A stretch of 64,000 nt of DNA from Candidatus Cloacimonadales bacterium (GTDB taxonomy: Bacteria; Cloacimonadota; Cloacimonadia; Cloacimonadales; DAONDQ01): contig OY759316.1 in the NCBI GenBank assembly GCA_963662275.1, positions 704,001-768,000 of the forward strand, written 5' to 3'. Shown in pieces: positions 40,401-50,288 of the stretch. Under the pieces are notes generated by a model. It had not been told where the DNA came from, made no database searches, and saw only the letters and a list, made by a program, of their open reading frames with translations. Made by a program: the position numbers and the translations under genes. The first letter of the stretch is position 1, and every line of letters starts with the position of its first letter.

Positions 40401-41708
40401 GAGTTGGATTCGATTATCCTGAGCCAAACTATTTTACAGAATTCGATAAAAAACCGAGGAGTGAAGTTTTTCTCCCATCTTAATGAAACAGTATCTATCG
40501 ATGTGCATTCCAGCATTTTAGGCTTAGGGCTTCGTTATGCTATTAGTTGCCCAATATATGCTAAGGATCAAATCTTGGGGATATTCTATTCTGATTCCCG
40601 TGAGGAGATGATTCAAACGGAAGAAGAGAAGCAGGTTATCCGCATTATGATGCTGCAAGTTCAGAATGCCCTGGAACGTCTTGTTTTCTATCAATACTTA
40701 CAGGAACATGGGGAAGTGACTAACTTGGATAATGATGTATTACAATCGCATCAAATGGTTGGAAGCAGCAAAGTCATACAGGAAGTGCTTCAGAAAATCA
40801 ATATGGTTGCCAGGTATAATGTTAATGTGCTTATCACAGGACCGACGGGCAGCGGTAAAGAACTTGTGGCTCGTGCTATCCATGAGCAATTTGCTGAACA
40901 GAATCCCTTTGGTGTTAAAACTCCTTTTATTGCTGTGAACTGTGCTGCAATCCCTGAGCAGTTATTAGAATCTGAACTCTTTGGATATAAGAAAGGCGCC
41001 TTTACCGGCGCTTCTTCAGATAAAAAAGGAAAAATAGAATCTGCTGATAAAGGTACTTTATTCCTGGATGAGATCGGGGAAATGCCCATGCTTCTTCAAG
41101 CAAAATTATTGAGAGTAATCCAGAATATGGTTGTGACTCCGCTAGGCAGCAGCCAGGATGTACCTGTTAGCGTGAGAATCATCACAGCAACAAACCGTAT
41201 GTTGGATGACCAGGTAGCCAATGGTCATTTTCGTGCTGATTTATACTATCGTTTGAAAGTTGTGACTATCGATGTACCCGGATTGTCTGAGAGAAAAGAA
41301 GATATTCCATTACTGATACATTCGTTCATGCAGAAATTCAACCAGAAATTTGGTAAGTCTGTGACTGGAATCCATCCTAAGGCAATCCAATATCTACAAC
41401 AGAAGGAATGGAAAGGCAATGTACGTGAACTCGAAAATACCATGGAGAGAGCTGTTCTTTTGTGTCAGAGAGAATATCTGAGTATAGAGAATTTCCAGGA
41501 AACATCTGAAGCAGAGACACCAGCTCTATTTACTCAAGTTCCACTTGTCTGGGCAGAATATCAGCAATATCGAGCTAGAGTGATTGATGAACTTGATCAT
41601 CGATATGTTAAGCATCTACTGGAAAAAACAGATGATAATGTCATGGCAGCCAGTAAACTGGGACAACTGGAAAGAGTGCAGATCTATCGTCTGCTTAAGA
41701 AGACATGA
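37497..41708 (+). CDS. Ser/Thr kinase-TPR-GAF-sigma54 enhancer-binding protein
   Basis: NDLKPTN, DLG and GTTAYAAPE; TPR helices; GAF-like segment; GPTGSGKE, GAFTGA, FLDEIGE and WKGNVREL; C-terminal HTH. Confidence 0.9.
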   Translation: MPSEQIMFSQLEVVETLGESIFSRTFLVQDSRGKRFVRKEYKSGLLSEARREYMFLQTIRGDGIVSPITYGEDGHPWLLMEYIEGSPLNPNVFKSSKITYRFLAQLASIIAKIHACGIVLNDLKPTNLLIHENKPVLLDLGLATVNLYQDANFRGTTAYAAPEKILRQTNHQAGDIFSMGMLIYFVEHGKTLVDEVGINSYQNFLSSEETWQEFINGHIEDDFLLSMLDYQPKDRPAAYQIAKHFAELGTITCTDLNIYEIQSVIFKSQQVAVERLWNKKQLKCQFADEPFHLEQLLSLWSESNGKRLLVLDERSFISQPDLFFQSFPIGYRDKSVFRDLFMDWISEQPVSLLLKRNKTRGLSSFFDELAEFHSAMVLWDDLESDLKPVGTTEIRSIIDNLCIPDTQKQQMIKQLKSSRAFHLRLALTEFLRKKSDHNSQNDLVDFLAWLESPIPVSLAEHAWENWYQLIQDGIIKHQLRLEGEQISVEKSRKSIHLPQEDLLQKIDLAALHNGQFYVSGLIHFALGDVGKALSSWVIYVDDLSHKQYYFSAYEFLRQLHSMIPNADYPFELRKKEAFIARIVGRFEEAMDLYTQLRKETKGLTEAVLAVDQAIVLQSLNRHDEAIEIYQEAIELFRINQDWKATLRAMNNLGAVYFGLQRYFDAERLFNEVLLQARAINNLQFETISFLNLADIYLKRGDWNKALFFTEKAIAITIRNQKWNLQVNGTILMCRALFAQGESGKAIQCLTDILDDSRCKENPILTSEINAWLLHFSELNTNDIVDSLYKELLEHHEPEQEILIRELFFSAYGRKHYWQAVLLAKKLDKVTMLKFFLDNDVESIEKRLQELKQQQEIDSYLYYALHLMRTGMICEKDTLYDEIWESAELFAYEPLRKFNKHFTGVYDHSSDVLEYLWMDISTGFDFSSAISKALELITRMTRMERTIYLEYQNGTLKSIAAMNHEMKPIELDSIILSQTILQNSIKNRGVKFFSHLNETVSIDVHSSILGLGLRYAISCPIYAKDQILGIFYSDSREEMIQTEEEKQVIRIMMLQVQNALERLVFYQYLQEHGEVTNLDNDVLQSHQMVGSSKVIQEVLQKINMVARYNVNVLITGPTGSGKELVARAIHEQFAEQNPFGVKTPFIAVNCAAIPEQLLESELFGYKKGAFTGASSDKKGKIESADKGTLFLDEIGEMPMLLQAKLLRVIQNMVVTPLGSSQDVPVSVRIITATNRMLDDQVANGHFRADLYYRLKVVTIDVPGLSERKEDIPLLIHSFMQKFNQKFGKSVTGIHPKAIQYLQQKEWKGNVRELENTMERAVLLCQREYLSIENFQETSEAETPALFTQVPLVWAEYQQYRARVIDELDHRYVKHLLEKTDDNVMAASKLGQLERVQIYRLLKKT

Positions 41709-41805
41709 GGCTAGAGGCTAGAGACTGGAATTAGGTGTCAGGTATTTGTAGCTATCATTGAAACTTGGAATATACTTTCGAATAAAAAAATAGAGAGGGG
41801 TCATT

Positions 41806-43074
41806 ATGCAATCATCAACGATTAGGTTACGATACCTGGATTTGATTAAAGGACTTTCTGAAGCAGTTGATCTGATTAATCCTGCTGTTTCAAATCATCA
41901 CAGGCAAGTTTCTCTAATCACCTGGATGTTTTGTAAAGTGTTGGATTATAATCCCAAACGTACTCGAGACTTGGTCATCGCGGCTGCTCTTCATGATATT
42001 GGTGGTCTATCACTTCAAGAAAGGTTGGATGCTCTGCAATTCGAAATAAAACATCCTCATCAGCATTCAGAAAACGGGTATCTGCTGCTGAAGGATTTTC
42101 CTGCATTAAAACTATCTGCTCGTCTCATTCGCTTTCATCACGTATCCTGGGATAATGGTAAGGGAAGAAAATTCATGGGGCACATGGTTCCATACGATAG
42201 TCAAGTACTGCATCTAGCTGACCGTGTAGCTGTTCTCATCAGTAAAAATCAGGAAATACTTGGTCAGGTGAAGAGAATAACCGATGTGATTGCCAGTAAT
42301 TCAAGTAAGTTATTTGATCCAAAACTTGTTAGTATGTTCCAGGAGATTGCACAAAAAGAGTATTTCTGGCTGGAACTTGATTCAACAAGTTCTGAGCTGC
42401 TATTAGGGGAAAGACTCAAATTGCGCCAAACATATTTAAAAACGAGGGATGTATCTCTGATTTCCAGGCTTTTCTCCCATATCATTGATTTCCGAAGTCA
42501 TTTTACTGCTACGCATTCCAGTGGTGTTGCTGCAGTAGCTCATTTTTTGGCAATATCAGCAGGTTTAACGGAAGCGGAAGCAGAATTGATTCGGATTGCT
42601 GGATACTTACATGATCTAGGCAAATTAGCAGTACCGGCAGAAATCTTGGAGAAACCTGGGAAACTCACGGAAGAAGAATTCAATATTATCAGAAAACACA
42701 CTTACTATACACACTATTTGCTACTCAAAATTGGCTTACCACTTGAAACCATCCATTGGGCTGCCTATCATCACGAAAATCTATCAGGTCATGGCTATCC
42801 CTTTCATGTCGATGATCCTAAAATCAGCTTTCCAGCTCGTATTATGGCTGTAGCAGATGTCTTTACTGCTTTGACTGAAGATAGGCCTTATCGGCTGGGA
42901 ATGAATCGGGAAGAGACTATTTCAGTATTGAATAACTTCGTGGAATCAAGGAAATTGGATTCTGATATTGTTGCTCTACTTATTTCATCCTTCAAGGAAA
43001 TCAATCAATGCCGACGGCTTGCCCAAGCAGATGCTGTTGTGTCTTATCTAGCTTTTAAAGAACAGATGCTCTAA
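41806..43074 (+). CDS. Tandem HD / HD-GYP cyclic-dinucleotide phosphodiesterase
   Basis: LHDIG, LHDLGK, HHENLSGHGYP and VADVFTALTEDRPYR motifs. Confidence 0.88.
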   Translation: MQSSTIRLRYLDLIKGLSEAVDLINPAVSNHHRQVSLITWMFCKVLDYNPKRTRDLVIAAALHDIGGLSLQERLDALQFEIKHPHQHSENGYLLLKDFPALKLSARLIRFHHVSWDNGKGRKFMGHMVPYDSQVLHLADRVAVLISKNQEILGQVKRITDVIASNSSKLFDPKLVSMFQEIAQKEYFWLELDSTSSELLLGERLKLRQTYLKTRDVSLISRLFSHIIDFRSHFTATHSSGVAAVAHFLAISAGLTEAEAELIRIAGYLHDLGKLAVPAEILEKPGKLTEEEFNIIRKHTYYTHYLLLKIGLPLETIHWAAYHHENLSGHGYPFHVDDPKISFPARIMAVADVFTALTEDRPYRLGMNREETISVLNNFVESRKLDSDIVALLISSFKEINQCRRLAQADAVVSYLAFKEQML

Positions 43075-43131
43075 AAGGAATGTTTTTTAAATTCAATCTC
43101 AACCACTTATCAATCTGATTTTTCGATTTTA

Positions 43132-44559
43132 TTACTTTGAGATAACCATTGTTACACGATAGAATTGCTGTCTTATACTTGGTATGGCTGTAGTCCAAGT
43201 TACTCGACCAGAGACTGTCTGGAATGTGCCATCAGAAGTAACATTTGTTAATACCGGGGTTATTGGGTCGGTAAAAGAATACACTTGATATGAACCTGTT
43301 CCGTAATCATCCCAGGATATTTGTATTTGACTAGTTGTTTTATTTATAACAATATCTGTGGGGACATAGGTGTCGCTGATTCCCATATAGTTCTGAGCTG
43401 TAGCAGCAGCATTTACATTTGTATAAGTGAGGTTGGACGGGAAAAAACTGTAACCTGTAAAGGAGGGAATCATTGATCCTGACCACCAATAGGGAACAGA
43501 GACACTATATATTCCACTTGAGTTAGTAATTGCTGAATATCCATTACCATCGCTCACAGTGACTCCGAGCATAGGCAATGAATCCCCATCGACAATTGTA
43601 CCAGATATAGCATATTGTGGGGCTGCAGCCAGTTGAAGAATACCGACTCCATAATGTGCCTTACCACTATAGGAACCTCCCCAAGTCATTGTATGAGTGG
43701 AATAGTTCCAAGTATCATGAACGTAAATTGTAGTGCTTGTACTTTCATAACCGATACCCAACATAGTGTGTCCCTGTAACTGGATTAACACTGGAATCCC
43801 GGCATCGATAGAAGCTTTATAAGAATCATACGTGTATCCTAATGTATTGCCGTTCCAACCGTATATATATTGATTGTAATTCGTACTAACAGTATAATCC
43901 CGTGATTCAAAAAATAATCTTAATCCATGATTTCCATCTCTTTTACGTGTTTCGTGGTCTTCGGAATTGGTATAATTGTATATTGCAGAGCCATTTGCAA
44001 AGTAGAAAAAGGTGGTCGATCCATCTGAATTATTCCACCAGTCCTGGTTAGTTCCCATATAATCAGCAGTACACTCGGAATAATTTGCGGTTGGATCTCC
44101 TGTACCAAAAGGGTCGTCATCATGATTATTATAACCGGTCCAGAACCGATTCACGTGTCCTTGGGTTAATAAATTGTCGTACCCGGTATGGGTAGCGCTC
44201 AGAGGACATTCACCTGAACCCCAGGTACTGTTGTTTAAAGGGACAACTCCGCTATTTGTTGAACCAATGTAGACATGACCATAGTCGTGGCGATCGTAAT
44301 ATCCAGCCATCATTGCTGCTGATGTAGCTGCACATCCATAGCTCCAATCGAATGCAGGAACATCACTAAGCATGACAGAAGAACGTGTAGGAATGGCAAT
44401 AGGACCGGGTATCCTCTGTTCAACTGGAATACCTGGAACAGTGACTTCATCAATCAACTGTCCGGATGGATCGCGGAACGTACGTACAAGTGTTTGATCA
44501 GCAGAGAGCATTATGAAAAACAAGCTACAAAAAACAGTCATCATCCATCTTGACATCAT
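43132..44559 (-). CDS. Secreted papain-like cysteine peptidase-like protein
   Basis: Signal peptide; YGCAATSAAM (Cys), GHTMLGIGY (His), VHDTW. Confidence 0.65.
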   Translation of the reverse strand: MMSRWMMTVFCSLFFIMLSADQTLVRTFRDPSGQLIDEVTVPGIPVEQRIPGPIAIPTRSSVMLSDVPAFDWSYGCAATSAAMMAGYYDRHDYGHVYIGSTNSGVVPLNNSTWGSGECPLSATHTGYDNLLTQGHVNRFWTGYNNHDDDPFGTGDPTANYSECTADYMGTNQDWWNNSDGSTTFFYFANGSAIYNYTNSEDHETRKRDGNHGLRLFFESRDYTVSTNYNQYIYGWNGNTLGYTYDSYKASIDAGIPVLIQLQGHTMLGIGYESTSTTIYVHDTWNYSTHTMTWGGSYSGKAHYGVGILQLAAAPQYAISGTIVDGDSLPMLGVTVSDGNGYSAITNSSGIYSVSVPYWWSGSMIPSFTGYSFFPSNLTYTNVNAAATAQNYMGISDTYVPTDIVINKTTSQIQISWDDYGTGSYQVYSFTDPITPVLTNVTSDGTFQTVSGRVTWTTAIPSIRQQFYRVTMVISK

Positions 44560-44726
44560 ATCCTCCCTCACAGAGTTTTTAGATTTCACAATTTAATTTA
44601 ATTTAATATGCGAAGATAAATTAGCAACAGTTTTTTTTTATTTGAACAAAAAGACTCATGTTTATGAACTAAGAATGAATTCTTCTTGTTTTTGTAAAAG
44701 CAAAGCACGTAACGTATATAAAAATA

Positions 44727-44753
44727 ACGGGCTACCTATTATAAGTAGCCCGT
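44727..44753 (-). terminator. Rho-independent terminator
   Basis: ACGGGCTAC...GTAGCCCGT with a T-tract on the minus strand. Confidence 0.7.
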
Positions 44754-44815
44754 CTATCAATTAGCTTTTCAATTCAAGAATTAGAATTCTAGCCTCTTGT
44801 CTCTAGTCTCTTCTG

Positions 44816-47800
44816 CTATTTCACTATCATCATTTTCTTTGTGATATTCATGCTTTCAGTACTGAGCTTGTAGAAATAGATACCACTGCCACAGGCTGTT
44901 CCATTTTCATCGAGACCGTTCCAGGAAATCTGGTGTGAACCTGCTTCCTTACTATAGGTCTTTACGATTTGACCACGAACATTATAGATGGTCAGAGTTG
45001 CCGTTTCTCCATTCTTCACATCCAATCCAATAGTGGTTGAATGGTTGGAATTAAATGGATTTGGATAAGCATTTTTCAGCATGGTAGTAGTCGGAATCAC
45101 TGGTGCTGTATTGGTGGTATTAACCATCACATAGTTGCTGAAGTTGCTTGTACCATCAAAGTTCACCATTTCCAGCCAGTAGTAATATGCATTTTGTGCT
45201 TCAATTTCATGATCTACAAAGCTATAGTTATGGGTAGTCGTTGTATTCGTTCCAGTAATCATACCCACGTTAACCTGTACGGCATTTGCAAGAATACCAT
45301 CATTGGAACGCAGAACATTGAAGCCTTGGTTATTTGTTTCTGATTCAGTCGTCCATTGCAGATTCACGAACATTTGCGCTGAAACCAGGGCTGTGAAAGA
45401 TGATAATTCTACAGGAAGGTCTCCACCGTTTTCGAAACCAATTGTAAAAGGAGCCTTTGAAAGAGAAGCGATGGCAACCGTTACACTCCTTAGAGCTGAA
45501 GAGATGGTTGTTAGTCTTGTAGTTCCCTGGAAAACAACAGGGGCATTTCCTGTCCAATTGAAATCGCCGTCATCCAGAGCTGTCCAGGTAAATGTGGCAT
45601 GCAGCTCTGAAGTGATTCCACCTGAAACAAGCCATTGCCTGTTGATTTTTGCAGGCAATAAAGGATCCGTCGCTTCTGCAGCGCTTAAACTTGTTACGAT
45701 ACCTGCTCCGGTGAAGGTCAGGTTTGGAGCACCGCTGAAAGTCAAGGAATTACCATTGAGGTTCAAAATACCGCTGGTGATAGTTAATACCCCGACAGTT
45801 ACATCATTTGGAAGCATGACAACACCTGAATTATCTAATGTCAGGGTATTGATGATTGCAGGTAATTCGATGGTTCCTGTTGAACCGACATTGACATTAC
45901 CGTTTACATTACCTATGATCGAACCACCAGAATGGTTCACGTTGCCATTGATAGTCAATGTATTTCCATCACCAATCGTATAATTACCGACCAGGTTCAG
46001 AACACCATTGATCGTGGCTGTAGTAGAAATTGGCACTCCTAAAGTAATAGCATCAATTTTCATGTTATCTAAATGGCAATTATTACCATAAGCGCCGGTA
46101 AATAGAAAGGCAATATAAAGAGTTGCCTGGTTTTCAGCACCGGCAGGTAAATAGAAACTATTTATCACCCAGCCATTTGTAGCACGATATCTGTAATATT
46201 TATTCGTACTATTCCATGCTGTTCCATTTGTTGACCATTGGACTACAACATTGTCGTCATTATTATAACCACTATCCATATACCAATCGAAAGTAATAGC
46301 GATATTTATCTTTCCGGTAGTAACAAGGGGAGAGGAAACCATCTTTAATCGTATCTGATCTCCAGCTTCACAAGTATATGAATTGAATTGAACACAATTT
46401 GTTCCTTCTGAAGGAGTAACAGTAGGATTTGTACTCGTTGCGGCAGTAACATAGGTGATGGTGGGAGCATTTCCTGCAGGATTGGTCACAATTTCAGTTG
46501 CCCAATCAGCCGGTGCTGCATTAAAACCTTGTGTATATATGGTTGAAACTGAACCTGTTGGCGTTCCGCTTTGAGTTACTCCACCTGCATTTGTAGTCAA
46601 ATTATTAAGAACAGTGCTATTTAATGGTAACTCATATCCTGTATTCATAGCATGAGCTGCTGTATAGATTAAATTCACAGTTCCTGCAAATATCGGAGCA
46701 GCGTTTAAACCGCCTGCATCACGAGATATTGTTGCCCCGGTAGCCATTGTCAAGTAAGAACTATTTACTAGTCTTCCGTTTGTAAGCGTTAATGTGCCAT
46801 ATATTGTAACGGCTCCGCCAAGAGCAACGTTTCCGGCATTATTTATCGTAAGATTATTCAATCCACCCGTTATGGCATTCAGAGTGGTTGATCCGTTCAT
46901 AATCAGATTGGATGATGCTCCACCATTAAATGAGCCTGCAGCATTATAGGTTATAACACCATTCAACGTCAAAGTATGGGTGCCAATCCTCAAGGCTGCT
47001 ACCCCAGTTCCACCAGAAAAACGCAATTCACTCGTTACGGTCAGATCAGAACTTAGCGTTACATCAGCTGCATCGAAGAGGTAAAATATCATAGCAGTAT
47101 TGGAGCTGGGGACTTCATAGCCAGTGCTGTAAGCAACGGAACCATTATCATAGAGCAATCTTAATCCGCCACTGCCAACATTGAAATTTGGAGCCACAGC
47201 AAAGCTTCCGGCAGGAGTTGTAGCTGAAGATACACCTCTTTGCACAATAGCAGAAGTAGTTCCACCGTCTCCTAAAGTGATCATGCCTGAATTTGAAACG
47301 ACTCCGGCAAATAAGTTCGCCCTGGATACAACAAAACCATTGGAACCTGCTATGGTCAATCCTAATGCGCTGGTATTTGAAACATCAAAACTTGTCATTG
47401 GTGAAGAAATGGTTCCATTATTGGTAAAAGTCTGCGCATAGGGAGAGTTAAAAATAAATCTAGTATACGAACCTATAGCAGATATGGTTCCTGCATTGGT
47501 TAGATTTCCAACCAGAACTAACCAGGTACTTGTAGTACTAGTGCCTGCAGTCAGAACAAAATTAGAACTATTTGTTAAAGTACCATTTACTGTCATAGTC
47601 TTTGATGCTGCAAGCGTTTTGGTACCTGCTCCTGAGAGATTCAGGATACCGTATGTGCCTGGAGCAATGGTCTGGGCAAGGGCGCCTGTATAGTTGACAG
47701 TGCTGGTTGTTGCTAATGTCATTGTTGGTGTACTGGAAAAAGTACCGCCAAAATTCATTGATCCAGTACCTGAAATGGCAAAAATACAACCCGTGGTTCC

Positions 47801-48409
47801 TGAAGTTACGTTTCCTCCAATGCTGAATGAACCTGTCGTTACGTTGATATTGTCCGTACGTGTTCCCGCTGCTATTAAGGTTCCAGACATGGTCAAAGTG
47901 GTGCCAATTGTACATGTACCTGCATTTACGTTAATAGTGCAGAAGAAGCCTGTATCTGGTCTTGGCATGGATACTGTTGTTGTAACTGCGAGAGAGTTGG
48001 TTCCACTGATTGTAATGGCTGAGCTTGCAGTCACTGCTGCAAAAGTAATGGAATAACAGGCAGCCGGGATGTCCACAGTAACTGTGATTCCTGCATTGAT
48101 CGTCACAGCCTCTGAGGAAGTAGGGACGGGAGCGCCTCCCCAAGTTGCGGTATCACTCCAGTTACCGGAGACAGAAGCTACCGTGGAATTTGTAGCCCGT
48201 GTTCCATCCTGTTGAAGTGGCTGTTGGATGCTTTCATTGAAATCTGGGAAAGCCTGTGCATCTTCATTGTTGTTTTGATTAGATAGATCCGGAAGCCGAT
48301 CAGCCTGGATAGTTTGATGTCCTGTGTTGGCAGTTTCTTTAGTGCCTGTTAGGCAATACAGAAACGCCAAACTGCTCAGGAGAAGTACAAAAAAGACAAG
48401 TTTTTTCAT
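44816..48409 (-). CDS. Large secreted beta-helix/adhesin-like protein with a FlgD/T9SS-type tail
   Basis: SGNWSDTATW, Thr/Gly/Asn-rich repeats, DLPVELSSF, AYPNPFN...IYNVRGQIV. Confidence 0.78.
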   Translation of the reverse strand: MKKLVFFVLLLSSLAFLYCLTGTKETANTGHQTIQADRLPDLSNQNNNEDAQAFPDFNESIQQPLQQDGTRATNSTVASVSGNWSDTATWGGAPVPTSSEAVTINAGITVTVDIPAACYSITFAAVTASSAITISGTNSLAVTTTVSMPRPDTGFFCTINVNAGTCTIGTTLTMSGTLIAAGTRTDNINVTTGSFSIGGNVTSGTTGCIFAISGTGSMNFGGTFSSTPTMTLATTSTVNYTGALAQTIAPGTYGILNLSGAGTKTLAASKTMTVNGTLTNSSNFVLTAGTSTTSTWLVLVGNLTNAGTISAIGSYTRFIFNSPYAQTFTNNGTISSPMTSFDVSNTSALGLTIAGSNGFVVSRANLFAGVVSNSGMITLGDGGTTSAIVQRGVSSATTPAGSFAVAPNFNVGSGGLRLLYDNGSVAYSTGYEVPSSNTAMIFYLFDAADVTLSSDLTVTSELRFSGGTGVAALRIGTHTLTLNGVITYNAAGSFNGGASSNLIMNGSTTLNAITGGLNNLTINNAGNVALGGAVTIYGTLTLTNGRLVNSSYLTMATGATISRDAGGLNAAPIFAGTVNLIYTAAHAMNTGYELPLNSTVLNNLTTNAGGVTQSGTPTGSVSTIYTQGFNAAPADWATEIVTNPAGNAPTITYVTAATSTNPTVTPSEGTNCVQFNSYTCEAGDQIRLKMVSSPLVTTGKINIAITFDWYMDSGYNNDDNVVVQWSTNGTAWNSTNKYYRYRATNGWVINSFYLPAGAENQATLYIAFLFTGAYGNNCHLDNMKIDAITLGVPISTTATINGVLNLVGNYTIGDGNTLTINGNVNHSGGSIIGNVNGNVNVGSTGTIELPAIINTLTLDNSGVVMLPNDVTVGVLTITSGILNLNGNSLTFSGAPNLTFTGAGIVTSLSAAEATDPLLPAKINRQWLVSGGITSELHATFTWTALDDGDFNWTGNAPVVFQGTTRLTTISSALRSVTVAIASLSKAPFTIGFENGGDLPVELSSFTALVSAQMFVNLQWTTESETNNQGFNVLRSNDGILANAVQVNVGMITGTNTTTTHNYSFVDHEIEAQNAYYYWLEMVNFDGTSNFSNYVMVNTTNTAPVIPTTTMLKNAYPNPFNSNHSTTIGLDVKNGETATLTIYNVRGQIVKTYSKEAGSHQISWNGLDENGTACGSGIYFYKLSTESMNITKKMMIVK

Positions 48410-48773
48410 GAGGTACTCCTTTTTATTTAGTATTGTTTCTTTTAATTTCTTTCATATATAAATACAATGACAGTTTTATTCCAAAAGTACCATATTTTGA
48501 AAAATTCGTAATTGCTTTAAAATAAGACAGTTACACGTATCTCGAAAATCTGGTTTTGCGAGTTATTTCAAAAATGCCTGAAATTATATGAAAGTGAAAT
48601 TTCATTTGAAATTTATTGTTCCTAACTGTAGTGATTTCTTTAGGAATCGTGATGACATGGTTTACCTTGCTTGAATAAGTTTATTTCAACAAAAATGAGT
48701 TGGATAAATAGTGGCTAAGTAGTATTAATACACATAATTTGCCCATAGATGCTACACAATTGCATCCAACTTG

Positions 48774-48868
48774 AAACCTATATCAAACTTGTCCCATACC
48801 TGTTTCGCGAAACAGGAATGAAACAGGAATGAAACAGGTACGAAACAGGTATGAAATTGGTATAAATT
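48774..48868. repeat. Mirror-symmetric 11-mer array homologous to 29665-29787
   Basis: ...ATACCTGTTTC-GC-GAAACAGGAAT GAAACAGGAAT GAAACAGGTAC GAAACAGGTAT GAAATTGGTAT AAATT. Confidence 0.85.
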
Positions 48869-49004
48869 GGGACATAAGATACCGATCTTATAGACATTTT
48901 GTATATATGATTGGGAAAAATTATGAATACTAAACAAACGAATTGACAAGTGACAGGTTGTCTCTTATATGAATATGTCGAACAATATTGGAAGGAGATT
49001 AGAT

Positions 49005-50054
49005 ATGTCGAATGTTTACTTTCGAAAGATAGATAAAAGTACTTCGGTTCAAGAGGTACAAGCCATAACACAATCATTGCTGGAAGAAATTGTCGAAAAG
49101 GAAAAGATCAAACTTGAGAAAGAGATTCCCCTAAAAGTCCATTTTGGAGAGATGGGTAACACTTCCTACATAAAGTCCGAGAATTATGAAGGAATCATCA
49201 AATATCTCCAGGATCATGATATTGAGACATGCTTTATGGAAACCAGCGTTATGTATGGCGGGCAAAGGCATAATCGGGAATTGCATATAAAAACAGCTAA
49301 AGAACATGGTTTTACACAATTACCAATTGTCATTGCGGATGGAGAGAGGGGAGAAGGCTTTACAGAAGTTGAAATTGACCAAAAACACTTCAAGACATGT
49401 AAAATTGGCAGAGCATTCCTTGATTATGACCAGTTGATTGTCGTGTCTCATTTTAAGGGTCACATGCTTGCCGGTTTTGGCGGAGCAATCAAGCAGCTTG
49501 CCATGGGGCACGCTTCCAAAGGCGGTAAGATGGCGATGCATATGGGAATCAAACCTCATATTGTGAACAGAAAATGTAAAAAATGCAACTTCTGTAAAAC
49601 CCGCTGTAATGAACATGCTATCACCATTGGCAGGAAGTCTTATATCAATCATGAGAAATGTGTGGGATGCGGAGCTTGTGTTTCAATTTGTCCGCACAAA
49701 GCGGTTTCGATTTTCTCCCTAACGAGTGTGATGCACTTTTTGGGAATTGGGAACAATTTCCAGGAAAAGCTGATTGAATATGCATATGCTGCTCAAAAAG
49801 GGAAACGCAATCTCTATATCAATTTTGCCATGAATATCACTGCCGGATGCGATTGTGAGCCGAGAAAGATGAAAAACCTGGTCGATGACTTTGGTATATT
49901 CATTTCCACAGACCCCGTTGCTATCGATAAAGTATGCCTCGATTTGCTCAAGGAAAATGGAAAGAAATTTAGAGGTGCCAAGCAATTGGATTATGCAGAG
50001 CATATTGGGTTTGGTACAACGAAATACAAGCTGATTGAAATCCTTGGGAAATAG
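49005..50054 (+). CDS. DUF362 domain Fe-S protein with two 4Fe-4S motifs
   Basis: KVHFGEMGN, SHFKGH..AGFGGAIKQLAMG, CKKCNFC, CVGCGAC, CDC and STDPVAID. Confidence 0.88.
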   Translation: MSNVYFRKIDKSTSVQEVQAITQSLLEEIVEKEKIKLEKEIPLKVHFGEMGNTSYIKSENYEGIIKYLQDHDIETCFMETSVMYGGQRHNRELHIKTAKEHGFTQLPIVIADGERGEGFTEVEIDQKHFKTCKIGRAFLDYDQLIVVSHFKGHMLAGFGGAIKQLAMGHASKGGKMAMHMGIKPHIVNRKCKKCNFCKTRCNEHAITIGRKSYINHEKCVGCGACVSICPHKAVSIFSLTSVMHFLGIGNNFQEKLIEYAYAAQKGKRNLYINFAMNITAGCDCEPRKMKNLVDDFGIFISTDPVAIDKVCLDLLKENGKKFRGAKQLDYAEHIGFGTTKYKLIEILGK

Positions 50055-50288
50055 CATGGATAATAATATCTGAATAAATAGAAAAAGGTGTCGCCCCGCT
50101 GGGGCTTTTAGGTGACTTTGATGTTGTCTGCACCGGGCTTACGCCCGGTGTTATGGTCGGAAAGCCCGTACCGGGCTGAAAAGGTAGTGATGATAACGAA
50201 AGTATCAGATAGTGGCGATAACGATAGTATCAGGTAGAGATTCGAGAGTAATCTTCTGCTTCTTCACCCCATCGGGATTTTCTTGCTA

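Noticed and set aside
45041..48143. Long antisense ORFs inside the large secreted protein, and similar ones elsewhere
   Set aside because: Shadow frames of codon-biased genes
50186..50238. 25-bp direct repeat AGTGRYGATAACGAWAGTATCAGRT x2
   Set aside because: Only two adjacent copies; likely a local duplication
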